In this document: positions 32,355-45,572 of the stretch, in pieces
How the letters are laid out: the number at the start of each line of letters is the position of its first letter
How positions within the stretch are numbered: the first letter of the stretch is position 1
Assembly (NCBI GenBank): GCA_025350595.1
Contig: JANXXP010000160.1
Coordinates: 1 to 59,664 of the forward strand
Direction: 5' to 3'
Source: Bacteroidota bacterium
GTDB taxonomy: Bacteria; Bacteroidota; Bacteroidia; Bacteroidales; VadinHA17
Length of the DNA stretch: 59,664 nt
Translations under genes and position numbers: made by a program
The notes under the pieces: generated by a model
Told to the model about the DNA's origin: nothing
Seen by the model: the letters and a program-made list of their open reading frames with translations, nothing else
Database searches by the model: none

Positions 32355-35300
32355 ATGAACAGAAATAAACTCATTTCAATATTCAGTTTTCTATTTATTT
32401 TTATAATTGAGGCTCTCTCGCAGGTGCCATTTACAGGCAGGGAACTTGGTTCTGAATTTAACAGGGGCATGGAATTATTTTCTAAGGAGAAATACCCTGC
32501 TGCAATTCGCCTGTTTGATTCTTTTGTTAAAAATGATGATAAATCAAATGAGATTCTGGTTTCAGAAGCTCAATACTTTAGTGCCAGTGCAGCATTAAAA
32601 CTTTTCAATCCTGATGCAGAGTACCGGATGATAATGTACATTTTCTCACATCCCGAAAGTCCAAGATTGAACTTAGCAAGGTTATCTCTTGGAGATTATT
32701 TTTATCAAAACAAGAGTTTTAAAAAAGCTGCAAAATATTATGAATTAGTAAACAGACAGGAATTGGAATCGGATAAGCTGGCAGAATATTTTTTCAGACT
32801 AGGATATTCACTTTATATAAACGGTGACAAACCAAGGGCGCTTCTTATGTTTTCAGAGATTAAGGACATTGATACAGAATATACCCCGCCGGCAGTTTAT
32901 TATTTCTCGCAGATTGCTTACGAACAAAAAATGTATCAGACTGCAATGGAGGGATTCCTTCGATTGAAGAATGATGAAACATTTGGAGGTGTAGTTCCAT
33001 TTTATATTGTCCAGATTTTATATATTCAGAAAGATTATGATGGCATCCTTAAAATGGCTCCCGATCTTCTTAAATCAGCAGGGAAGGAGAGAGCTATAGA
33101 ACTATACAGATTTATTGGTGATGCAAATTATAATAAGGGAAATTACAAGGACGCCCTGACTTATCTCGAGAAGTATTCAGCCGGGGCAAAAGCGAGCGGA
33201 AGAGAGGATAAATATCAACTGGGATATTGCTATTATAAAACCGGTGAAATAGATAAAGCAATTAAAATATTTCTGGAGATTGGCGCTCAAAGTGACCTTA
33301 TAAGTCAAAACATCTGGAATCTTCTCGGAGACTGCTATCTTCAGAAAGGCGACAAAAAACGCGCGCAATTAGCTTTCGGGGAAGCATCAAAACTAAATAA
33401 TGATAAGAAAATTAAGGAGGAGTCACTTTACAACTATGCAAAACTGACTTATGAACTTGCATATTCTCCTTTCGGAGAGGCAATTGCCTCTTTTCAGGAA
33501 TATATTGACCTTTACCCCGGTTCAGAAAGGATACAGGAAGCATACGATTATCTGGTAGCTACTTTCTTACAGATAAAAAACTACAAAGCTGCTCTTTCCT
33601 CTCTCGATAAGATAAGTAATAAAGATGCCAGACTTGAAGAAGCATACCAGAGGGTAGCATTTTTCAGAGGATTGGAATTGTTTAACAATATGGAGATTGA
33701 AGCTTCAATCGACTTGTTTGATAAATCTCTTAAATACGAAAAGTATAACAGATCGATCAGGTCAAGAGCCATTTACTGGAGGGGCGAAGCCTGGTACCGT
33801 CTTGCAGATTATGACAAGGCTAAAAGCGAATACGAGCTATTCATGGGCATCCCGGGTTCCATGCTTTTAGGTGAATACAACCTAGTCAGATATAACCTTG
33901 GTTATTCACTCTTTAATTTGAAAGACTATACAAATGCTCTAAGCAATTTCAAAACTTTCGAAAGTGGTGTTACAAATGTGAAACCAGAGGTTCTCGCTGA
34001 TGCCAAGAACAGAATAGCAGATTGTTATTACATGGCAACCGATTACCTCATGGCTATAAACTATTATGATAAAGTTATCGAGTACGGTAATATCGACGCT
34101 GATTATGCTCTGTTCCAGAAAGGGTTTTCTCTTGGTCTGATGAATGACAATAAAGGCAAGGTGGAAATCCTGACATCCCTTACTCTGAAATATCCAGCAT
34201 CATCTTATGTTCCAAATGCTATCTTCGAGAGAGGAAGGGCTTATCTGGTTATTAAAGATTACAAAAACGGGGAAGCTGATTTTAATAATATTATTGAAAC
34301 ATATCCAACCAGCCAGTTTGTTCCGTCTTCAATAGTTCAGCTTGGTCTGCTTTATAACAGCCTTGGAGAAAATGATAAAGCCATTACACAATACAAAAAA
34401 GTTATAGAAAATTACAGATCAACACCTGAAGCAAGGTCAGCAATCACCGGATTAAGAAATACTTATGTCGACAAAAATGATGTAGATTCTTATTTCGTTT
34501 ACTTAAAATCTCTTGATGGATATGGGGATGTTAACATGGCTGAAAAAGATTCTCTATTGTATACTTCAGCGGAAAACCTGTACATGACAGGTAAATATGA
34601 TAAAGCAACTGAGATTTTTAAAAGTTATATGGTTCAGTTTCCAAATGGCAGTTTCCGTTTGAATGCTAAGTTTTATATGGCAGAGTGTCTGAAATCGTCT
34701 GGAAATAACGAGGAAGCCCTTAAGTTATATGCAGATATTTCGAATGAACCCAATAATCAATTCCTTGAACAATCGCTTATAGCAGCAGCATCAATATTAT
34801 TTGACAAAGAAGAATATAACCTGGCTGGAGATTATTACATACGGCTTGAGAAAGCTGCTGGAAATGATATAAACAAGTTACTGGCTCTTAAAGGCCAGCT
34901 AAGATCTTCTTATCAGGCAGGTGATGCACAGAAGACAATTGTTGCTGCCGGAAAAATAATTAATTCCCCGAATATTCCCCAGGAGTTAGTGAGAGAGGCA
35001 ACCTTCATGAACGCTAAAGCAAACTATAGTCTTAATAATTTTGATGAAGCACTTAAAGAGTTCAGGAAAGTGGCAACAGAGGTTACCAGTATTGAAGGTG
35101 CTGAATCAAAATACAGGGTCGCAGAATTATTAAATAAAAAGGACATGACAGTTGAAGCTGAAAAAGTTATCACAGAGTTTATCGACAAGAATACCCCCCA
35201 TCAATTCTGGATGGCAAGAATGTTCCTGCTTCTTGCTGACATAAGCATAAAAAAAGGCGATACTCTGCAGGCACGCGCTACACTCCAGAGTTTGAAAGAT

Positions 35301-35375
35301 TATTATACTATCAGCGATGACGGTATTCTTGACGAAGTGAAAACCAAACTGGATTCTCTGAACGAAAAGAAATAG
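32355..35375 (+). CDS. large tetratricopeptide-repeat protein with signal peptide
   Basis: The 1006-aa ORF has many A/Y/L-spaced TPR-like repeats, for example YKDALTYLEKY and YDKAKSEYELF. Confidence 0.7.
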   Translation: MNRNKLISIFSFLFIFIIEALSQVPFTGRELGSEFNRGMELFSKEKYPAAIRLFDSFVKNDDKSNEILVSEAQYFSASAALKLFNPDAEYRMIMYIFSHPESPRLNLARLSLGDYFYQNKSFKKAAKYYELVNRQELESDKLAEYFFRLGYSLYINGDKPRALLMFSEIKDIDTEYTPPAVYYFSQIAYEQKMYQTAMEGFLRLKNDETFGGVVPFYIVQILYIQKDYDGILKMAPDLLKSAGKERAIELYRFIGDANYNKGNYKDALTYLEKYSAGAKASGREDKYQLGYCYYKTGEIDKAIKIFLEIGAQSDLISQNIWNLLGDCYLQKGDKKRAQLAFGEASKLNNDKKIKEESLYNYAKLTYELAYSPFGEAIASFQEYIDLYPGSERIQEAYDYLVATFLQIKNYKAALSSLDKISNKDARLEEAYQRVAFFRGLELFNNMEIEASIDLFDKSLKYEKYNRSIRSRAIYWRGEAWYRLADYDKAKSEYELFMGIPGSMLLGEYNLVRYNLGYSLFNLKDYTNALSNFKTFESGVTNVKPEVLADAKNRIADCYYMATDYLMAINYYDKVIEYGNIDADYALFQKGFSLGLMNDNKGKVEILTSLTLKYPASSYVPNAIFERGRAYLVIKDYKNGEADFNNIIETYPTSQFVPSSIVQLGLLYNSLGENDKAITQYKKVIENYRSTPEARSAITGLRNTYVDKNDVDSYFVYLKSLDGYGDVNMAEKDSLLYTSAENLYMTGKYDKATEIFKSYMVQFPNGSFRLNAKFYMAECLKSSGNNEEALKLYADISNEPNNQFLEQSLIAAASILFDKEEYNLAGDYYIRLEKAAGNDINKLLALKGQLRSSYQAGDAQKTIVAAGKIINSPNIPQELVREATFMNAKANYSLNNFDEALKEFRKVATEVTSIEGAESKYRVAELLNKKDMTVEAEKVITEFIDKNTPHQFWMARMFLLLADISIKKGDTLQARATLQSLKDYYTISDDGILDEVKTKLDSLNEKK

Positions 35376-35438
35376 TGCGATAGTTAGCATAATTGATGAT
35401 TTACAGATAATGAAAAATGAATCAGATACAGATTTGAC

Positions 35439-37148
35439 ATGATAAAAAGAAACCTTATTATACCATTCCTCCTGTTCTTTTGTTTAATTCCGGCCAGAGC
35501 CCAGGAAAAGAAACAGGAAGCCGGACTTAAGAGGGAAGTTACCCTTTACAATCCATATAAGCCTTCACTTTCCGATGTCAAAAAAAGGAGCTTTCTTCCT
35601 GAAATGAATGATACTTTGAAAGTTACACCCGATTTCCATTATGAAGTAAATACGGAGCCTTTCATGCCTGCATATACTGTGAGCCCCATTAAAGCAGCAG
35701 CATTACTTTCCGATCCGTTACCGAAACTTTATAAAAGTTTTATTAATGTTGGTTTGGGTAATTATCTCACTCCTCTAGCTGAAATCAGTATAACCAATGA
35801 ACGGTCAAAGAAGGGAGCAATAGGCTTGTATGCCCGACATTTTTCTTCAAATGGCTATGTGGAGCTTCCGATTAATAGAAAAGGATTTGCAGGATATATG
35901 GACAATGATGCATCGGTTTTTGGTAAGAAATTCTTTAGAAATAATGTATTTGAAAGCTCTCTGGATTTTGCACAGAAGACCAGATATGCTTATGGTTACG
36001 ACCCCGCGGCACCCTCAAGCTATTCTCCTGCAAAAAAAGATATCAGGCGTGGTTATTCCAGTGCAGGTGCAAAAGCTTCATTGTCCTCATTGACACTCGA
36101 TTCCACAAATTTTTCATATAAGTTCGAGGTGTTTTACAACTATTTATCCACTTTAAGCAGGCTGTATCAGCATAATGCAGGATTTAAAGGAATGATGGCT
36201 AAATCTTACAATGGATTTTATATTGGTTCAGGAATTGACTATGAATTTTTCAAACATAATGATACTATTTTCAATAAGACCGGATTTGGTATTGCCTCAA
36301 TCAGTCCATTCATAAAAAAAAGGACTGAACAGTGGAATTTCAAGATCGGTTTTCAGGCAGTATATGATGAATATATTGGTTCTGCTTTTCATTTTTACCC
36401 AGATATTAATTTCGGTTTCAACGTAGTTCCAAAGTATGTTAGTTTTTTTGCCGGTTTGTCAGGAAAACTTGAGAAGAATGACCCTGTTAAAATGTTTTCC
36501 GAGAATCCGTATTTAAGGTCCGATGAATTCCTGTTCACACAACAGAGTACTGATCATTCACTGATTGTAACAACTGGTCTGAAAGGAAATACAGGATTAG
36601 GGGCAAACTACCTGGCATCGGTAAAATATTCACTCATTAAAAATATGCTCTTCTATTACACAATGGATTACCCGGCCTTGTTGATGATGGGGAACACCTT
36701 TGATGCTATGGCAGAGGATGTGAACCTTTTGCAGGTTCATGGTGAAGTAAGTGGAGTTGTTACCGATAAAATATCTTATAACGGGAATATAAATCTATAT
36801 AAATATACACTCACAAATAGTAGTTTTGCGTGGAATATGCCTAATTGGGATGCAAAGCTTGGATTGACATATAACCTGAGAGACAAAATTCTGATTGGGA
36901 TTGATTTATCAGGTATCGGCGCCAGAAAGTTCGGCGTTATTAATCCTGATATCTTTAAGGTTCCCCCATTGTATAATTTTGGTGCCCCGGCTCATATCAA
37001 TCTTGACCTGAGAGCTGAGTACCGTTACTCAAAAATATTATCCCTCTGGACAAAATTAGATAACATATCATACAACCGCAATTACGAATGGGCATTTTAT
37101 CCATCCCAGAGGTTGCTGTTTATGTTGGGGTTTACTTATAGTCTTTAG
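35439..37148 (+). CDS. putative outer-membrane beta-barrel protein
   Basis: The 569-aa ORF has a signal peptide (FLLFFCLIPARAQE), an alternating-hydrophobic strand pattern and the C-terminal FMLGFTYSL. Confidence 0.45.
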   Translation: MIKRNLIIPFLLFFCLIPARAQEKKQEAGLKREVTLYNPYKPSLSDVKKRSFLPEMNDTLKVTPDFHYEVNTEPFMPAYTVSPIKAAALLSDPLPKLYKSFINVGLGNYLTPLAEISITNERSKKGAIGLYARHFSSNGYVELPINRKGFAGYMDNDASVFGKKFFRNNVFESSLDFAQKTRYAYGYDPAAPSSYSPAKKDIRRGYSSAGAKASLSSLTLDSTNFSYKFEVFYNYLSTLSRLYQHNAGFKGMMAKSYNGFYIGSGIDYEFFKHNDTIFNKTGFGIASISPFIKKRTEQWNFKIGFQAVYDEYIGSAFHFYPDINFGFNVVPKYVSFFAGLSGKLEKNDPVKMFSENPYLRSDEFLFTQQSTDHSLIVTTGLKGNTGLGANYLASVKYSLIKNMLFYYTMDYPALLMMGNTFDAMAEDVNLLQVHGEVSGVVTDKISYNGNINLYKYTLTNSSFAWNMPNWDAKLGLTYNLRDKILIGIDLSGIGARKFGVINPDIFKVPPLYNFGAPAHINLDLRAEYRYSKILSLWTKLDNISYNRNYEWAFYPSQRLLFMLGFTYSL

Positions 37149-37462
37149 GACCTCTGCTTCAGCAGGGAGGCAAACCTACTGTAGATACGAAGCAGAATCT
37201 TGAGTGAATTACCAGGAAATCACTCATATAGAGAACTTTGTTTTGATTTCAGTTGTTAATTTCTTATTGAAAACTGTTCATTAATTTTAACAAATAATTA
37301 AGGAAAAAATCGTTTTAAATCCGTATATTTGCCACGGTAATTAAGAATCATATTATCAATAATTTATAGCAGATAAAGTGAGGTTGGTTTCGCGGGCTGG
37401 GAGCCCGGGATTCTGATCGAATTATTTGTGAATATGGGAAGTTGGGGTTTTAAAAATGTTGA

Positions 37463-40838
<3,376 letters not shown>

Positions 40839-40860
40839 TTCTTCATACAGTCTTAACTTC

Positions 40861-40957
40861 CATTTAACCGAAGAGGTTGCTAAGAAATATTTAAAATGAT
40901 TTTACTTTGCGTACTCTGAGCCGACTTAGCGTTCTTTGAGGTTAATGGATTGCATTT
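40861..40957. repeat. MITE-like repeat copy (family CCGCAAAG/TTAATGGATTT)
   Basis: The right arm 40925-40957 matches 21400-21432 at 31/33. The degenerate left arm is catttaaccgaagaggttgctaag. The interior gattttactttg...tactctgag is shared with 51496-51530. Confidence 0.6.
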
Positions 40958-40960
40958 CCT

Positions 40961-42073
40961 TTATACACCGAAAACTTTCCTTTTTATCTCAACGGCATTA
41001 TCTGTACAAACCTCACTGCAGCAGAAGCACCTGATGCATTTGCTGTCCGTAAGTACAATCTGAGTCTTTTTTGTAGGAAGTGGTTCAATCGCCTTAACAG
41101 GGCAAATATTTACACATTTCTGACACCCTGTACAATTTTCATGTATAAAGACCGGCCTTCTGTCAAACTTTCTTAGAAACCGGATCCTTTTCATTACAAA
41201 CTGAAGGGCAATATTATTGTTTGTCGAAATGGGTACCTTGTTAAATCCATTTTTTAGAATTGTGCTGATTTCAGGACCGTCATATTCAATATCTTCCTCT
41301 GACTGAAGCCACAGTTTACGAAACAGAGCAGTTCTGTTTGTTGGTACAACCATGGGGTCGTATCCTGCTATCCGGCTGGCAATCATATCCATTGCTAATG
41401 GGTTGGTAGATCCAAGTAACAGACCTATTTCAATAGGATATCCTCTTCCTGGTCCGGGACCTTCCATACCCATTATCCCATCCATCAGAAAATAGTCGGG
41501 AGTTCTTAACTCGGTCAGGTCAACCAGAAATTCACCGAATCCGTTCCTGTCCTGATGCAGCGCATGTTGCTTCCCTTTGCTGAATCCCGGTACCAATCCA
41601 AGTGTGTTTTTAATTGCTCCTGTAAAGTAAACCAGTTCATGATTTTTGAATTTTGGGATAGAAATTATAAGGTCAACTCTGTCAATTATAGAAGCAATTT
41701 TTATCTTCCCCTTATTAAGTTTTTTCTCTATTGGATTTAATGTGAAATCAACCCATGTAGCTCCTGTAGTTTCACATACTTTATAAATACCTGATTTCTC
41801 CCCTCTGAATTTCTGCGTATGCACAGCTGGTGAATCCCCAACAAAAACGGTTGCCCCATTAGCTTGAAGAAACCTTACCATAGCTTCAACTACAACCGGA
41901 TGTGTGCTGATGCATTTAGCAGGATCATCGTCAGTAAGAATATTTGGTTTTAACAGGACAAGCTTCCCCATAACATCCGGTCCGTCAGTTTTTTTGTAAA
42001 TCTCAGAAATAATATCAAAAACCTCATGAAGTTCATATTCCTTACACTTTCTTATTGCTAATTTATTATTCAT
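40961..42073 (-). CDS. DUF362 domain protein with C-terminal 2x[4Fe-4S] ferredoxin motifs
   Basis: The 370-aa ORF has CTGCQKCVNICP and CIRCFCCSEVC at the C-terminus. Confidence 0.75.
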   Translation of the reverse strand: MNNKLAIRKCKEYELHEVFDIISEIYKKTDGPDVMGKLVLLKPNILTDDDPAKCISTHPVVVEAMVRFLQANGATVFVGDSPAVHTQKFRGEKSGIYKVCETTGATWVDFTLNPIEKKLNKGKIKIASIIDRVDLIISIPKFKNHELVYFTGAIKNTLGLVPGFSKGKQHALHQDRNGFGEFLVDLTELRTPDYFLMDGIMGMEGPGPGRGYPIEIGLLLGSTNPLAMDMIASRIAGYDPMVVPTNRTALFRKLWLQSEEDIEYDGPEISTILKNGFNKVPISTNNNIALQFVMKRIRFLRKFDRRPVFIHENCTGCQKCVNICPVKAIEPLPTKKTQIVLTDSKCIRCFCCSEVCTDNAVEIKRKVFGV

Positions 42074-42079
42074 AATGAG

Positions 42080-43519
42080 TTACTTTGTGACTGTTATTTC
42101 TTTGAGAATGTTTTCTATTCCGGAAATAATATTCTTCGAAGGACTTGTGTAATTATTAACGATAATACTGAAAACCATATTTCTTTCTGAGACTGTAGCA
42201 AAATATCCTGCGTAGTTTCTAACCCTTGTCATCGAACCACTTTTTGCCTTAAGTCTTGAATCAAAAACAGGATCCATGAACCAGCCTTTTAAAGTACCTT
42301 CTACCCCCGCGTAAGGTAAAGATGCATAATATTCCTTAAAATATTTCCCGGTTCTCTTCATGTAAATCAATAAGTTAACCAATTCCCTGGAATTAATTGC
42401 ATTGAGAGGGGAGAGACCACTTCCGTCTTCTATAAACAAGCCTTCTGTTTTTATTCCGGCATTATGAAGAAAATCATTGACAACTGCAATTCCTTCCGAT
42501 GTTGAACCTTTGTTTTTGTACCTTTTTCCTAATTCTTTCAACAAAGTTTCTGCATATAAGTTAATGCTCTCATGGTTAAGCACTTTTATGATTTCTGACA
42601 ATGGTGGGGATAGCGTTTCTGTAACCGGGACAATTGGTTCGATTAAGCTTTTCTGCTCTAATCTGGCAGTTGTCGGTTCTTTTGAAATTTTTATGCCCTC
42701 AGCCAAAAGTCTATCATTCAGAATTTTTGCCAGAAGTAGGGGAGGATCAGTAATTGAAGCTTTGAGAATGAAATCTTCCTTGTTGGAGGGAATAGATCCT
42801 GCCATCCATCCGTTTTTACTGTATGGGGCAGCAAATACATTTCCTTTATCAGTTGTTCCGTTAGCGATAAGCCGGTTCTTTAATTCAAATTTGCATTCGT
42901 TCGGAATTATCTCTGTAATAACAGGATGAGTACTATCAACTGATGTTTTAAAATGAATTTCGTACATATTGTCAAAAACTGATAGTCCATATACTCCGGC
43001 ACCATAATAATTACCTGAATCTTCCCATAGCCATTTGTCAGGAATTGGCAAATAATCATAGTACGAATCATCAGAAATAATTCTTCCGTCTATCCTGGTA
43101 ATACCAAGTTTCTTTATTTCCGATATCCACTTGCCGATAAAATCCTGATAATTTTCCGTGAAATTCTTTGATCCGAGAGCAGGATCACCTCCTCCCCTTA
43201 TCACAATATCACCTATTAATTTTCCGCTTTTTTTATTTATCGAACCGGCGTACCCGACTGTGGTTTTAAAAGTGTAATAAGGACCCAGTAATTCGAGTGC
43301 CGCTGCAGATGTAATAAGTTTCATAACTGATGCAGGGATAAGACTTTTTCCTGAATTATAATCTGCTATTATCTCTCCATTGTCAGGGTCTGCAATAAAG
43401 ATAGAAACAGAAGCGTGAATCAATGAAGAATCTGAAAGGAAGGTGTCAATTGAACTTCTCTGGGAAAATGAACAGATGGAAATAAATACAAATGAGATTA
43501 GAAACAACTTTTTCCGCAT
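42080..43519 (-). CDS. dacB: D-alanyl-D-alanine carboxypeptidase/endopeptidase (PBP4, peptidase S13)
   Basis: The 479-aa ORF has a signal peptide, SxxK as PASVMK and a KSG motif (LKAKSGSM). Confidence 0.85.
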   Translation of the reverse strand: MRKKLFLISFVFISICSFSQRSSIDTFLSDSSLIHASVSIFIADPDNGEIIADYNSGKSLIPASVMKLITSAAALELLGPYYTFKTTVGYAGSINKKSGKLIGDIVIRGGGDPALGSKNFTENYQDFIGKWISEIKKLGITRIDGRIISDDSYYDYLPIPDKWLWEDSGNYYGAGVYGLSVFDNMYEIHFKTSVDSTHPVITEIIPNECKFELKNRLIANGTTDKGNVFAAPYSKNGWMAGSIPSNKEDFILKASITDPPLLLAKILNDRLLAEGIKISKEPTTARLEQKSLIEPIVPVTETLSPPLSEIIKVLNHESINLYAETLLKELGKRYKNKGSTSEGIAVVNDFLHNAGIKTEGLFIEDGSGLSPLNAINSRELVNLLIYMKRTGKYFKEYYASLPYAGVEGTLKGWFMDPVFDSRLKAKSGSMTRVRNYAGYFATVSERNMVFSIIVNNYTSPSKNIISGIENILKEITVTK

Positions 43520-43521
43520 TT

Positions 43522-44571
43522 CTAAGCTGGTTTGTTTTGTTCAAGAGTTGACAGGAGTCCGCATGCAGCCTGGATGTCGACACCTCTGCTTACCCTCACT
43601 GTAGTAAGAATACCTTTGGCATTAAGTGCGTCCTTGAAATTAATAGTTGTTCCCAGATCGGGGCTATGGAATTCTGACCCGGGAATCTGGTGAAATCGAA
43701 TAATATTGATCCTGCATTTAATGCCGTTCAGTATTCTTGCGAGTTCCTTAATATGACGCGGGGTATCATTAACCCCTTTGAACAGGATATATTCAAAAGA
43801 AATTTTTCTCTGGCTGTTTATCTCAAAATTACGTATAACATCCAGCACTTCCATAACCGTATTTGTACGTTGAATAGGCATAAGCTTTCTTCTCTCTTCG
43901 TCAAACGGAGAGTGCAGACTTACGGCAAGGTTACACCTGCTTTTTTCTAAAAAATCTTTAATCCCTGTTACCAGTCCTACCGTACTGACAGTTATCCTTG
44001 TAGGACTCCAGCCATAACCCCAGTCATTTGTAAGAATATCAAGAGTTTTCAGAACTTCAGTAATATTGTCCAATGGCTCACCCATACCCATAAAAACCAT
44101 GTTGGTCAGATTTTTAAATTCCGGGATACTTCTGAACTGATTAAGTATTTCATTCGATGATAGATTTCCCTGAAAACCCTGCTTCCCCGTCATGCAGAAT
44201 ATGCAACCCATCTTGCAGCCGGCCTGAGATGACACACATATTGTAGCCCGCTCTTTGTCAGGCATATATGCAGTTTCAATATATTTGTCATTTAGGACTT
44301 TAAATAGATATTTCTTTGTTCCGTCAGAGCTTTCTGATTCATTTACCGGGGCAGAAAGCCCTATTTCATAATCATTTGAAAGGAGTTCCCGTGTGTTTTT
44401 TGACAGATTTGTCATCTCGTCAATGGACAGTATCTCTTTCTTATATAGCCAGTCAGCCATCTGTTTTGCGGCAAAACCTGGTAAGGATACACGTTTTGTA
44501 ACTGCAATCAGCTCATTTAATGTCTTCCCGTATAGTTTCTCTTTTTGCATTTTATCGTTACTTAAATCCAT
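43522..44571 (-). CDS. rlmN: 23S rRNA/tRNA (adenine-C2)-methyltransferase RlmN (radical SAM)
   Basis: The 349-aa ORF has CVSSQAGCKMGCIFCMTG, GMGEPL and a conserved C-terminal AACGLL. Confidence 0.92.
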   Translation of the reverse strand: MDLSNDKMQKEKLYGKTLNELIAVTKRVSLPGFAAKQMADWLYKKEILSIDEMTNLSKNTRELLSNDYEIGLSAPVNESESSDGTKKYLFKVLNDKYIETAYMPDKERATICVSSQAGCKMGCIFCMTGKQGFQGNLSSNEILNQFRSIPEFKNLTNMVFMGMGEPLDNITEVLKTLDILTNDWGYGWSPTRITVSTVGLVTGIKDFLEKSRCNLAVSLHSPFDEERRKLMPIQRTNTVMEVLDVIRNFEINSQRKISFEYILFKGVNDTPRHIKELARILNGIKCRINIIRFHQIPGSEFHSPDLGTTINFKDALNAKGILTTVRVSRGVDIQAACGLLSTLEQNKPA

Positions 44572-44584
44572 CTCACTTACATTG

Positions 44585-44615
44585 TCATTGCTAGGAGCTT
44601 GCGACGAAGCAATCC
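44585..44615. repeat. intergenic hairpin repeat, family TCATTGC...GCGAAGCAATCC (see 1100..1139)
   Basis: The sequence is tcattgctaggagcttgcgacgaagcaatcc with stem ATTGCT/AGCAAT. It lies between co-directional dapF and rlmN. Confidence 0.55.
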
Positions 44616-44619
44616 GTGT

Positions 44620-45396
44620 TTAAATTTCAATTTCGCCGGAGTAGACAAAAGTTGCCGGTCCTGAAAGCCAGATGTCCGAAATATTTTTGCCTGAAATATT
44701 GAATGAAACTGACAAATTTCCACCTCTTGCTTTAACCCTGACAGTTTTTGTGTCAAGATGTCCTGCCAAAACTGAACAAATGGCAGAAGCGGTGACACCT
44801 GTTCCGCAGGCAAGAGTTTCCTCTTCCACACCTCTTTCAAATGTTCTGACATATATACCGTCCTTCGTCAACTCAACAAAATTTACGTTGGTACCTCCGG
44901 GAGCAAATTCTTTAGCCCATCTGAATTTCTTGCCTTCAGAATTTACATCAATCTTGTCAATGTCTTTTCTGAAGATAACATAATGTGGCGATCCTGTATT
45001 AATAAAATAGCTTCCATTGACAAGATACGGTTCCTTCGGATCATTCATCTGAAGCCTGATTATTCCATCTTCAGCAATGGCTTTATGCAAACCATCAGCA
45101 GCCTTGAAAGAGAGAGTTTTACCGGCAATTCCATGTTTGATTGCAAAGTCGGCGGAGCATCTTCCTCCGTTTCCGCACATTGATCCGATAAAGCCATCAG
45201 AATTGAAATATTTCATCTCAAAATCATATTGAGAACTTGTACAGATTAGAATCAAACCGTCGGCTCCGATTCCAAATCTCCGGTCACATAATTTATTGAT
45301 AAGAGCAGAGTCATTGGGATTAAAAACGTTATTCCGGTTGTCTATCATGACAAAATCATTGCCGGCTCCCTGGTATTTGTTAAATTGTATTGTCAT
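44620..45396 (-). CDS. dapF: diaminopimelate epimerase
   Basis: Motifs are YQGAGNDFV, SMCGNGGRC and LACGTG. I chose the start at the ATG 45396 (MTIQFNKY). Confidence 0.92.
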   Translation of the reverse strand: MTIQFNKYQGAGNDFVMIDNRNNVFNPNDSALINKLCDRRFGIGADGLILICTSSQYDFEMKYFNSDGFIGSMCGNGGRCSADFAIKHGIAGKTLSFKAADGLHKAIAEDGIIRLQMNDPKEPYLVNGSYFINTGSPHYVIFRKDIDKIDVNSEGKKFRWAKEFAPGGTNVNFVELTKDGIYVRTFERGVEEETLACGTGVTASAICSVLAGHLDTKTVRVKARGGNLSVSFNISGKNISDIWLSGPATFVYSGEIEI

Positions 45397-45572
45397 AGGT
45401 GTTAAAGTGTTGTTAAATCTTTGTATCTTGTTATAGTTCACTTGAAAAATGCATGATCTTTGTAAAACAAAACCATCATAAACTGGTTGTAAAGATAGGA
45501 ATCTTTTATGAAGGGTTAATTATTGAAATAAAACCAGAATTAGAAGAAAAAGTTTAATTTAAAACTATAATT

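Noticed and set aside
37149-37200. Possible SRP (4.5S) RNA, because of GAAGCAG and CAGCAGGGAGG strings.
   Set aside because: It lacks the conserved domain-IV features (the GGAA tetraloop context and symmetric-loop sequences). The helix is only 8 bp with an unstructured 28-nt loop.
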